A stretch of DNA of 64,000 nucleotides, taken from assembly GCA_963765895.1 (NCBI GenBank), contig CAVXZB010000012.1, positions 17,508 to 81,507 on the forward strand. Reading direction: 5' to 3'. The first letter of the stretch is position 1, and each line of letters begins with the position of its first letter. The DNA is from an uncultured Nitrososphaeraceae archaeon. GTDB lineage: Archaea > Thermoproteota > Nitrososphaeria > Nitrososphaerales > Nitrososphaeraceae. The notes under the pieces are model-generated. The model did not search any database and had not been told where the DNA came from. It saw nothing but the letters and a program-made list of their open reading frames with translations. The translations under genes and the position numbers were made by a program. This document shows positions 23,169 to 33,670 of this stretch, in pieces.

Positions 23169-23906
23169 TCACAGCACATTCTTTGCAGACTTTTTCTCAT
23201 AGTGATGTAATGCAAGTCTAAAAGCATCGAATATATCGTTGTAGGAAGTTGCCTCCTTGTCTAAAGTTCCTTCCCCTTTCTCCACTGCTGTTCTTAATGA
23301 AGTTATTAGTTTATCAAATTTAGGATTTATTGCAACCAAACCATGATTATCTTCTAAAAGCATTTTAGTATGTAGCAACATCTTTTTGTGCTCTTGAGCA
23401 AAATTAATTGGAATTATAAACATATCATTAGCAGTAGTCCAATCATGATCTGGGAAAGTGTGTTTGTATTCTGCTATTGCTTGATCATAATCTTCCCTTT
23501 CTCCTCGTTGTATCTTTAATGATTTTATGAAGGAAGGATTTGCTGCATCCACGTATATCTTGCTATTCTCTGGTGTAAAGTGAAAGTAATTGGTCAAATT
23601 CCATACGACATTTAACATCTGGTTAAAGTCTGGTCTTTCGAATTGATCTGCATATATTATTTGTATTTGGCCATCGACAAACTGAGTTGCAACAACACCA
23701 AATGCAGAACTACCATAACCTGGATCTAGACCTAAGGACTTCCTAGCAGCGTATGTAGTATTCAGATTACTTTGATTTCGCATATCTTTTGCAGTATCAT
23801 ATTCTACACTATATTTTTGACCAAGTTCTATTGCTTTTTCAATATCTTTGGTATGGAATACGTTTCCTATCTTGCCTAAATATTTACTACAAATATGAAA
23901 ATGCAT
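23169..23906 (-). pseudogene. Terminase large subunit, C-terminal nuclease domain only
   Basis: GNVF..LGLDPGYGSSAFG, IYVDAANPSFI, LDKEATSYNDIFDAFRLAL; ATPase domain absent. Confidence 0.7.
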
Positions 23907-24116
23907 AGGATATGCTTATCATAGGAAAAATACTTATTTTGTAATGAGAATTCCACTGTAGATAACTGTGCTAAGTATTTTGTCAATATCATCTCATTTT
24001 CATTTATTCTCAATCGGTGAAAATATGGATAAAATAGTGATGAATTGGATAATCGTATCTATAATACTCCCGTTATCGTTATTGGATACTGCCAGCTATT
24101 AGAGGGATTAGTAGGT

Positions 24117-24748
24117 ATGGAAGCAAAAGCGAAGATTCTGTTTGTTTTGATTGTAGGCCTAACAATGATAACCTCATCTGTTTTCGCTACTGGATTGTCA
24201 GTGCTAGCGAAAGAGAATGGAGGCGGTGGTGAAGGAGGAGGAGAAAGTTCTGGCTCTGATTCCGGTGGGGATAGTAGTAGCGGCGATAGTAGCGACTCAG
24301 ATAACAGCGGCGGTGGTAGTAATGACAATTCTCCTCATGACGACAAGAACAAGGACAAGATGAGAGGCGATACACAACCAAAACAACAACAAGATGATGG
24401 GCTTGTTCATATCCCTGAACAGGGTTGGGTAGATGGAAAATGGACTGGAGGCTCTGAGGAGATGTTTAACAAGGGCCCGAATGGTGATGGAAAAATTCCA
24501 CCTGGATGTTCTCATGGAGGATGCAGTCCCCTGTCAATGATCAACTGCCACCAAAACAACCTCCAACACTAATACAAGAAATCAACATCATTCTAAACAT
24601 ACACAAAACCTCGCATTCAAGTCATAAGACAGGAATAAGCAGAACTTGCTATGATGCGCTAAAGGTAGCATGGATGGATAAAGTCTATCGTGGTCAGAAC
24701 CAGCAAGTCTATCAATTTCTGAATAGCTGCCTAGGAGTCAAAAGTTAA
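24117..24748 (+). pseudogene. Secreted Gly/Ser/Asp-rich protein, probable frameshift near 24530
   Basis: Signal peptide and low-complexity linker; the overlapping ORF supplies a C-terminal CYDALKVAW...FLNSCLG domain. Confidence 0.55.
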
Positions 24749-24751
24749 TGG

Positions 24752-24880
24752 CTGGAACTCCTAACACATTCAGGAAAATGTTGGATTTGTCAGAAGTGAA
24801 ATGGAATGAGAGTGTTCAAGTCCCCACGGCTGAAGAACTGGTAACACAAAACAAACTATTCTATCAGATTGTTGGAATGA
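24752..24880 (+). repeat. DUF72 3'-end fragment, copy B (shortest)
   Basis: GTPNTFRKMLDLSEVKW...GTAACACAAAACAAACTATTCTATCAGATT...TGA. Confidence 0.88.
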
Positions 24881-25009
24881 GACACAGGGCTCAAATATCG
24901 GGGTATATGACAACGCTGTTGATTCAATTTAGAATATGTTGTCAATTCAAGTGTCTCAATAACGGAATCATCTTCACCAACATAAATGTCATTATCCATT
25001 ACTTCTACA

Positions 25010-25165
25010 GTCATGATTTCTAATCTCTTTGGCTAAGGCTCGATTAAAGTCTTCTAGATGCGTCTTGCTGCCAGCATACGCTGAGTAGTAAGGTGTTGTT
25101 GCTCCAACTAGTGATGTCTCCATGTTGATTGTGCGTCCATTGTCAGCTACACATTGGGCTGCTCA
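25010..25165 (-). pseudogene. Short-chain dehydrogenase fragment
   Basis: NGRTINMETSL...YSAYAGSKTHLEDFNRALAKEI (YxxxK motif). Confidence 0.65.
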
Positions 25166-25384
25166 TTGTATACAAAAAATGCGGCTTTAGCGTTGACAGT
25201 AAACATGATAATTTTGGTATAATAAAGCTTTTTTTAACAATTATCTAACATGGCTTAGAAAATTATTAGTATATTAATTTATAGATTAAACTAGGATCTT
25301 ATTATTAATCCTAATCACAATGTTTTTATCTCTCATTATTGTTGACGGATTTTAGGTATAGCAAAGCAGTATGCCTAATAGTGA

Positions 25385-27016
25385 GTGACCTATGTGGACA
25401 CAATAATACAGTTAGCAGTTTTGATTGGAGGAACATTAGGTCTGGCAATTCCTTTTGGGCTCTATATTGCCAGAATGATTTCCTTCGAAATGAGACCATT
25501 AGAGAAGACACTTGCTAAGGTAGAGAGTGGGTTCTATAAATTAGTTGGAATTGATGCATCGAAACAGATGACATGGAAACAATATTTCTTTGCTTTATTT
25601 TTGACAAACATGATAGTAGTAGTTTTTATTATTTTAATCCTGACGTTGCAGAATTATTTACCGTCACACCAAAACTTCAAAGGGCTATCATTAGATTTGG
25701 CATTTCATACAGCAATTTCATTTGTGACAGATACTAACCTGCAGCACTATGCAGGAGATCAACAACTTTCCAACCTCTCGCAAATGGTTGCCATTACATT
25801 TACCCAGTTTGTGGCTCCTGCTTCTGCGATCGTAGCTGCTTTTGCTTTTATTCGATCATTTATTAGAAAGAATTTTGGCTTAGGAAATTTTTACATAGAC
25901 TTTATACGAGTATTAATAACGCTATTACTTCCTGTAGCAGTAGTTTCATCGTTGGTGTTTATGACAACAGGAGTTCCTCAGACTCTTGATACAACTGTAA
26001 CTACACATACTCTGGAAGGGAATAAGCAGGATATTAGGGTAGGCCCAGTAGCTTCTTTACTAGCTATAAAACAACTCGGTAGCAATGGCGGCGGATTCTA
26101 TGGTGCTAATTCTGCGCATCCGTTTGAAAATCCCACAGGACTTTCAAATATGTATGAAATGTTTTTGATGCTTGTAATTCCTTTGTCGTTTCCAATTGCA
26201 TATGCTAAGCTTATAGGAAAATGGAGAGGGGCGTCGATTTTGGTAGCTATGCTTATATCATTTGGTAGCTTGTTGATAATAGCTTTCACAGCAATTAGTG
26301 GACCATCATTGCTAGAAACTCGATTTGGTAGTTTTGGTAGTGTGTTGTTTAATATTGTATCACTTACTACTAATACAGGAGCTGTAAATTCCTCACTTTT
26401 GGGAATGTCACCAAATGCAGTAACTTCATTGTTACTTGCCATGTTTGTTCAAGCAATTCCTGGAGCTGTTGGAACAGGAATGATGACTATGATTATCTAT
26501 GTTATTTTGACTTTGTTTATAGTAGGTCTAATGGTGGGCAAAACACCAGAGTTTTTAAGTATGAAGATTAGTCCAAGGGTTATAAAATTATCAGTATTCA
26601 TATTTTTGATTCATCCTGTATTAATTTTAATTCCAACTGTAATTGCATTCTCCAGTGGTAATGCTCAGACAATAATGGGAGAAGAAGGAGGAAAACTAAC
26701 TCCATTAGGATTTACTCAAACGTTATATGAATATACCTCAGCAGCAGCTAATAATGGTTCTGATTACTTTGGCACTTCGGCAAATACACCATTTTTTAAT
26801 GTCTCAACCGCAATAGTAATGTTTCTTGGTAGATATGCCCCTTTAGGCCTGATGCTAGCTATAGCAGGTTCATTTACAATAAAAGATAGAAGAGAAGTTA
26901 TAGAACCAATAAAAACGCAAGGACCTTTGTTCATCTCAGTATTGATCGTTATAACCTTCCTGCTCACAGCTCTCACCTTCTTCCCATTCTTAGTTATAGG
27001 ACCGTTTTCAATCTAA
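25385..27016 (+). CDS. kdpA: K+-transporting ATPase subunit A
   Basis: SFVTDTNLQHY, KQLGSNGGGF..ANSAHPFENPT, GLMVGKTPEF, YEYTSAAANNGS. Confidence 0.95.
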   Translation: MTYVDTIIQLAVLIGGTLGLAIPFGLYIARMISFEMRPLEKTLAKVESGFYKLVGIDASKQMTWKQYFFALFLTNMIVVVFIILILTLQNYLPSHQNFKGLSLDLAFHTAISFVTDTNLQHYAGDQQLSNLSQMVAITFTQFVAPASAIVAAFAFIRSFIRKNFGLGNFYIDFIRVLITLLLPVAVVSSLVFMTTGVPQTLDTTVTTHTLEGNKQDIRVGPVASLLAIKQLGSNGGGFYGANSAHPFENPTGLSNMYEMFLMLVIPLSFPIAYAKLIGKWRGASILVAMLISFGSLLIIAFTAISGPSLLETRFGSFGSVLFNIVSLTTNTGAVNSSLLGMSPNAVTSLLLAMFVQAIPGAVGTGMMTMIIYVILTLFIVGLMVGKTPEFLSMKISPRVIKLSVFIFLIHPVLILIPTVIAFSSGNAQTIMGEEGGKLTPLGFTQTLYEYTSAAANNGSDYFGTSANTPFFNVSTAIVMFLGRYAPLGLMLAIAGSFTIKDRREVIEPIKTQGPLFISVLIVITFLLTALTFFPFLVIGPFSI

Positions 27017-29416
27017 TGAATAATATGATATTAATGAAGATATTGAAAGACTTTAAAAAGAAAATAAGCCGGTTCGATAAAAAAGATAATGATATGTCTA
27101 TTTTGAGTAATAACAATAATGATACCAATAACGCTATTAATAAGTAGAGCAATGGAAATGGACATGCCGGTCATAAAATTAAGATTGCATTAGATTCCTT
27201 AAATCCACGAATAATTTTGGATTCACTAACTAAACTTGACCCACGATATCTAGCAAAAAATAATCCGGTCATGTTTACGGTAGAAGCAGGATTTATAGTA
27301 GTCCTTACTATTGCATTGCTTCCAAGTAATATTTCAATAGAATTTGTAAATCAAGGTAAAGCGCTATATTTTCAGACTGCGATAATACTGATTTTAACCG
27401 TCTGGTTTGCAACATTTTCAGAATCATTATCCGAGGCCCAGGCTAGAGCAAGGGTGGATTCTCTTCGTAATCTGGAAAAAGAAGTATCTGCACACAAGAT
27501 TGTAAATAATGAGAAGGAAGTTACTGTAACTTCAACTAGTCTTAATCCAGGAGACGAAGTAATGGTGTATGCAGGTGAAATAATACCTAGAGATGGTCTT
27601 GTAAATGATGGTAAAGCATTTGTAGACGAATCAATGATGACAGGAGAATCAAATCCTGTGTTCAAGGAAGAAGGAGATCATGTAATAGGTGGAACTAGAG
27701 TAGCAAGTGATAAGCTAATAGTAGAAATTACCTCTGAAGCTGGTAGAAGCTTTCTAGATCAGATGGTTAGTCTCATACAGAATGCAACCAGACCAAAGAC
27801 CAAAAATGAAATTGCCTTATCAATGTTACTAGCAGGATTATCTTTAATTTTTATAATGGTAGTTGGAACACTTTTATTCTTTACAGATTTTCTTGGATTA
27901 AAAGCAGATATTGCTACACAAGTGGCTCTACTAGTTGCACTTATGCCTACTACAATTGGTGCGCTACTTCCAGCCATAGGCGTTGCTGGCATAACCAGAC
28001 TAGGAAGGGACAGCATCATCGCAAAATCTGGTAAAGGAATTGAAGCTGCTGGAGATTGCGATGTTTTGATATTAGATAAAACAGGAACAATTACTGAAGG
28101 TAGTAGAAGTGCTGTAGAATTCATACCTATGAACGAATATACTGAAAAAGATATAGGACAAGCAGCTTTCGCAGCGTCTATCCATGATACAACACATGAA
28201 GGCAAATCAATAGTGGATCTTGCAGAAGAGAAAAAGTTTGTTCTGCCTCTTTTAGAAAAAATAATTCCAGCTAGATCCATTCAATTCACTGCTGAAACCA
28301 GATGCAGTGGTATTGAATTTATTGCAAATAAGGATGTTATACTAAATAAGGAGCAAGAAGATGAATTCCGATCATTAGCAAGAGATATCATTGGTAGTAA
28401 TAGTAGTAAGGCTACAAGCAGCAGTGACGGGGATAAAAAGGTAGTTAATCCAACAATAAAAGATATTGAAAGAGATGTAGAACGTGCTAGTAAAAGTAGA
28501 GTCCATGATCTACTAATAAAATTAGAGCAGACAAAAGGTGAAGTAAGAATTCTTAAAGGCGCAGTAGATATGATAATCGACTTTACAGGACCGAATGTAA
28601 ATCAAGCAGAAATAAAATGGAAAGCACAGGAAATTTCTAAGGTTGGTGGAACACCATTGGCAGTATCTATAAATAATGAAGTAATCGGACTTGTAGCTCT
28701 AAAAGATAATCTAAAAGAAAACATTAGAGAGAGACTAAACGAGGTCCGTTCTACTGGGATAACCACAGTGATGATTACCGGAGACAACCAATTGACGGCT
28801 CAAGTCATTGCCAGAGAAGCTGACGTTGATGAAGTAATAGCTGAAGCAAAACCTGCAGACAAACTAACCAGAGTTGAACAAGAGCAACTAAAAGGACATG
28901 TAATAGGTATGGTAGGGGATGGGACTAATGATGCCCCAGCACTTGCTAAAGCTGATGTAGGATTAGCGATGAACAGTGGAACTGCAACCAGCTAAAGAAG
29001 CTGCAAATATGGTGGATTTGGACTCTGACCCTTCTAATATAATGAAAGTTGTAAAACTTGGCAAACAGCTGCTTATGACACGTGGTGCCATTACCACATT
29101 TAGCATTGCTAATGATGCCGCCAAATACTTTGCAATTCTTCCAGCAATGTTTGTAGGAACTACTCCCAAATTACAAATGCTAAATATAATGCATCTTCAC
29201 AGTCCTGAGACGGCCATATTATCTACATTAATATTTAATGCTATAATAATACCCGCCCTAATTCCTATCTCATTGAGAGGAGTCAAGTTCAAGCCAGAGC
29301 CGCCGCAAAAGACATTTATAAGAAATATGTTAATTTATGGTTTAGGTGGGGCTGCGTTACCATTTATAGGTATAAAGGCAATTGATACGCTATTATCTGC
29401 TTTCATTGGTAGGTAA
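27016..29416 (+). pseudogene. kdpB: K+-transporting ATPase subunit B with an in-frame TAG (27145-27147) and a frameshift (about 28984)
   Basis: NPVMF, TGES, PTTIG, DKTGT, MITGDN, GDGTNDAPAL; C-terminal [14 protein letters not shown] lies in another frame. Confidence 0.92.
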
Positions 29417-29440
29417 GTATATAGAAATGAGGATGAAGCA

Positions 29441-29965
29441 ATGAAGCAAACCATAAAAGATGTGTTACAAAGTAATACCATACTGCTACGAGAATTATTT
29501 GATCAAAATATAAAACCTTGTCTAAAAGTCGTAGGACTCATGATTTTAGTAGTCGGAATAGCCTATCCTCTTATTCTAGTGGCAATAGGAGAGTTTGCAT
29601 TACCATATCAGTCCAGCGGTAGTCTTATAACTTTACATGGAAAAGTAGTAGGTTCAAAACTAATTGCTCAAGAGTTAAAATCTCCAAAATTCTTTCATTC
29701 AAGATCTGCCTCAGACTCGGCATCAACTGTTGATCCACACATTACTCCAGAAAATGCTTTTGCACAAATCTCTAATGTAAGTAAAGTAACTGGAATCCCT
29801 CACAATGTTCTCGAAACTTTAATTGATCTTAATATAGAAAGGAATAAAGTAAGTAATGCGTTGGTCTTTGCTCCACAATATGTCAATGTATTGGAAGTAA
29901 ATCTTGACTTGGTGAGACAGTATCCTGAACATTATCATGAATTCTTAATAAATATGGAGAAGTGA
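29441..29965 (+). CDS. kdpC: K+-transporting ATPase subunit C
   Basis: YPL..., GSLI..GKVVGSKLIAQ, SASTVDPHIT, YVNVLEVNLDL. Confidence 0.93.
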   Translation: MKQTIKDVLQSNTILLRELFDQNIKPCLKVVGLMILVVGIAYPLILVAIGEFALPYQSSGSLITLHGKVVGSKLIAQELKSPKFFHSRSASDSASTVDPHITPENAFAQISNVSKVTGIPHNVLETLIDLNIERNKVSNALVFAPQYVNVLEVNLDLVRQYPEHYHEFLINMEK

Positions 29966-29972
29966 GGTCAAA

Positions 29973-30059
29973 CTGGATTCAGTAATCACAATTTTTATCT
30001 CATTCCTTGTTGTATCTTCTGCTACATTAGCCTACTCATTGATGAGAGCAGAAAAGTGA
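29973..30059 (+). CDS. KdpF-like single-TM peptide (28 aa, CTG start)
   Basis: (M)DSVITIFISFLVVSSATLAYSLMRAEK resembles the KdpF C-terminal YxLxxxE pattern; GAGGT lies 4 nt upstream. Confidence 0.55.
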   Translation: MDSVITIFISFLVVSSATLAYSLMRAEK

Positions 30060-30321
30060 CTAATAATGTGAAAAGAACTTACATAGCATTGTTTGCATCT
30101 AATATTTAAAAATATCTATTTTATAATCTTGTATGTATTCCATTAGCTATTAGATATACTATGTTTGTCTACAAACCAACAGATCCACCGGATGCACTAT
30201 AATCTCATTCGTCCATTCATGAGTTGCAGGATTGACAATATCCAAATAGATCATAGTCCATCTTCTACGATTTCTTGCCAAATATTTGTAGAGGCGTATT
30301 AATCTACTCAGGAGGCAAAAA

Positions 30322-30866
30322 TTCGCTTTATTGATACAGTTACCACCTTCGATGGGTATAGTTGAAGGCATGGATGGTCTGAGAGTATTATCATACCTGA
30401 ATTAGATAGAAGATTCAAATATGCTGTAGAAGTTAGAGATAGTTTGTGGTTTCAGGATTTGGCATATAGTTTTTTTGCAAATAACAATATGTGCATGGTC
30501 TGGAGTCAACTCTCAGATATAAGAACTCCTCCAATAGTTACATCAAATTTTATCTACATAAGATTCATTGGCGATAGGACTATACAAGAAAAGGATTTTG
30601 GTAAGATACAAAAAGACAGAGCTTTAGAAATGAAAAAGTGGTCTAGATTTGTAAAAAAAGCCAAAGAAGAGCAGCGGGACAGATTAAACCTAGCGATTGT
30701 AGCAGCAAACAATCATTATGCTGGATTCGGTCCAGGAACTGTTAACACATTCAGGAAAATGTTGGATTTATCAGAAGTGGCATGGGAGAATGTTGAGATT
30801 CCTGATACCGAAATGAGAACATCTGGTAACACAAAACAAACTAGTCTATCAGATTTTTTGAAATGA
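30322..30866 (+). pseudogene. DUF72 (YecE-like) gene, 5'-truncated; copy C (longest)
   Basis: ALLIQLPPS, YAVEVR..W, FIYIRFIG, AANNHYAG; N-terminal half missing; frameshift near 30390. Confidence 0.9.
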
Positions 30867-31141
30867 GTCAGGATCATGGATCATAGCATGTCAAGGAGAT
30901 AGTGCTATAACTAGATTTATTAAGATACGAAGCTTTCTATCCTACTAATCAGACCTCAGACCTAGTTGGTATTTTTGCTTCGGCTTCCTTATGGCATTCG
31001 TATGTCGGTCCTACTTGCAGTGGTTGAAATGACATTGGGGAGGCATGTGCGTAAAAGCAACCATATTACGACTAAATCCTATTTGAACAGTAACTGCCTA
31101 ATTCTACTAACAAATCATGTCAAGTCATTAGACCTGTCTTA

Positions 31142-31500
31142 TTAGTTCGTCCCCCAAGGATTATCTATGACAAATCGCCAAGAACCATCAGACTGTTGAC
31201 GCAGAACGTCCGCAGATTTAGCAGTCATGTTAACAGGATTACCATCAGATCCAGTTCCACTGAATGACCATTCAGTAATTACAAAAGCAAGATCGCTTGC
31301 TTGAAGAACCCTCTTTACCTTTAGATCTAGTTTGCCCTTGAAGTCGATAAAACTACGTAGACTTTGGTGTATACCATCTGGACTTTTTGCAAGTTGTCCT
31401 GGTTGCGACACAAAACACGCATCAGCCTCATAGAGCGTCATAAGAGAATTTTAGATCCCCTGTGTTAATACCTCTAACTACTGAATTGAGCACTTATCCG
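31142..31500 (-). pseudogene. YybH/SnoaL-like (NTF2-fold) protein with a disrupted 5' end
   Basis: MTLYEADA...SADVLRQQSDGSWRFVIDNPWG; N-terminus disrupted. Confidence 0.75.
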
Positions 31501-31720
31501 GATGTCATTATTTTAGACAAAGGGCTTTGTAATAATTGTCACTTTAAAGTTTGTTACGAAAGAGGCCTTTTGATGAATTCAAAAAGATGAGCCGATAGGT
31601 AATGCTTGGAGCGAATCACACACTAAGGGTTGTATGTCTACACCATTTTGGATATACACCATTTGATACTAATACACAAAAACCTACAAAATGGAAGTTC
31701 AGTGTTCGTATTAACAATAA

Positions 31721-32116
31721 TTATTCGCGCCCACCATACATTATTCGGTCTATATGTTCTAAGAGCTCGTCATTTGTTATAGGCTTCGAATAAAACAGTT
31801 AGCAGGAAGTGAAGAAAATATATCAGAATATGACCCATAATACATTTGTCCAGCAGTAAGAAAGCATATTTTCAACTTATCATCACGTTTCTTAATCTCT
31901 CTATAAAAGGAAAAACCATTCATCTCCGGCATCTTTATGTCAAGAATTAATAGATCGTAGAAGTGAGGCTTGAAATTGTCTAGAGCAATGAGAGGATATT
32001 CATATGAATCAACTTTGAATCCATATTGTTCCTATGTTTTCGCTATTGCGGTATTAACATCGGGTTCATCGTCGACTACTAGAATTCTTTTTGACGTTTT
32101 GTTTCACACTTTCCAT
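31721..32116 (-). pseudogene. Response-regulator receiver domain protein
   Basis: RILVVDDEPD, LLILDIKMPEMNG, CFLTA; internal stop and frameshifts. Confidence 0.85.
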
Positions 32117-32201
32117 TTAGTTTCAGAATTGTTCCTTCGTTTCGACATCATCATGGATTATTCGCTTTTAGTCACACAATAAAGAATGATCATTCATTCA
32201 T

Positions 32202-32582
32202 TCATTTTGGATAGAAATCATGTGACTTATCTACTCTGCCAGCATATTCATAAATCAACAATCCGAATCCTACTATTGCAATAACAACAAACACTATTTC
32301 AAAGTCCATAGATGACAGATTTTTCATTTGGGGTGGAGTAGTATAGGGTAGTCTTGCTCCTCCATTTACTTCCTCTTTTACAAATTGTGATCCATAATAT
32401 ATAGCACCAGTAAAACCGATTACTGCCATAACTATACCTAAAACAATAATGGATTTTCCTTTAAAGTTTAGACTATTGCTAGTATTGCTGCTGTCATTTG
32501 ATTCTGATGGACCTTTTTTTCTTCCCAATCTTGTTATGAATCTAATATTACCTAATCCCTCTTCATGAACTGAAAATATCAA
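32202..32582 (-). CDS. Two-TM membrane protein
   Basis: Two hydrophobic helices in a 126-aa ORF. Confidence 0.55.
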   Translation of the reverse strand: MIFSVHEEGLGNIRFITRLGRKKGPSESNDSSNTSNSLNFKGKSIIVLGIVMAVIGFTGAIYYGSQFVKEEVNGGARLPYTTPPQMKNLSSMDFEIVFVVIAIVGFGLLIYEYAGRVDKSHDFYPK

Positions 32583-32650
32583 AATTCTTTATCTATTGAA
32601 CCTTGCTTAACATTGGTAATCAATATGTAATCATCATCATAAACTAAGCT

Positions 32651-32909
32651 AGGATTTTAGAGATGAAAAAATGGACTAGATTTCTAAAGAGAGCCAGAGA
32701 TGATGAAGAACAAAGAGATAGACTAAACCTAGCAATTGTAGCAGTTAATAATCATTATGCTGGATTGGACTGGAACTGCTAGCACATTCAGAAAAATGTT
32801 GGATTTATCAGAAGTGACATGGAATGAGGATGTTCAAGTCCCCAAGATAGAAGGAGCATCTGGTAATACAAAACAAAAATAAACTAGTCTATCAGATTTT
32901 TTGAATTGA
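32651..32909 (+). repeat. DUF72 3'-end fragment, copy D
   Basis: RILEMKKWTRFLKR...DRLNLAIVAVNNHYAG...FRKMLDLSEVTW...TSLSDFLN*. Confidence 0.9.
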
Positions 32910-33163
32910 GATCTATGTTCAACTAAATTGCGTTCAGATGCTCTATACCTTCAGATTATGAGACTATCATTCCGTTATGAAATCTTTGTTTACATCAGTG
33001 TCGTCCGAGTTATTGTATGCATGCACCGGCTAGGGACAACTGATGTCAAAGGCTCCGCATACATCGACCTATTATTGCAAGGACTTTGCTATTATTCCAA
33101 CTAAGAATAACTCGTAACAATATTTCTAAATACAGATATCCAAATAACCGAGAGATACATGAC

Positions 33164-33634
33164 ATGGCCGAGTTGAGTCTCGAAGGCCTATTTGGGATAG
33201 GTGAAGCGATAGGAATTATTGCCACTCTGTTTGTTATATTATACTTTTCAAGAAAACAAATGCAGAGTCTCTCAGTAGACATCCAGACAAAGGTTCTTAA
33301 TGACTTGGATGAGAAGGTTCACAAGATGGCAGAAATCATAATTGAAAAACCATCGATGCAAAATGTCATATATAAACTTGAAAAACCATCAGAAGAGTTA
33401 GCATTTGCGTATTATATCTTGTTTATTTGTTCTCATGCATATTCAATGCGCCAAAGAAAAGTGCTCAATGAAGATGAATGGAAAGGATGGTTGCTGTGGA
33501 TGAGAAACTGCTTTAAATATGGAACTTTGAGCGAACAATGGAAACTAATCCAATCAGAGAGATGGTTCAATCCTGATTTTGAGAATTTCATAAACAAAGA
33601 GGTAGTGGCTAAACCAGAGGCTAAATCGATATAA
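33164..33634 (+). CDS. Hypothetical protein with an N-terminal TM helix
   Basis: Likely start MAELSLEG; TM helix followed by a Trp-rich helical domain. Confidence 0.65.
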   Translation: MAELSLEGLFGIGEAIGIIATLFVILYFSRKQMQSLSVDIQTKVLNDLDEKVHKMAEIIIEKPSMQNVIYKLEKPSEELAFAYYILFICSHAYSMRQRKVLNEDEWKGWLLWMRNCFKYGTLSEQWKLIQSERWFNPDFENFINKEVVAKPEAKSI

Positions 33635-33670
33635 TCTATTTATTATCTGATATGTACTTCAGTATTAGAA

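Noticed and set aside
20270-27147. In-frame TGA/TAG codons as selenocysteine or pyrrolysine recoding
   Set aside because: The positions are not catalytic Cys/Lys sites, stops of all three types occur in neighbouring pseudogenes, and no recoding machinery is in view.
26098-28787. Antisense ORFs over kdpA/kdpB, and similar shadows over cca, asnS and the sulfite reductase
   Set aside because: Opposite-strand shadows of well-supported genes, with no motifs of their own.
28963-29000. Programmed frameshift in kdpB
   Set aside because: No slippery sequence; a single extra base in a conserved motif is better explained by mutation or sequencing error.
19676-32909. DUF72 repeats as CRISPR repeats, integron attC sites or retro-copies
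   Set aside because: They are 130-545 bp protein-coding fragments, not short palindromic units; no poly-A tails, TSDs or reverse transcriptase seen.
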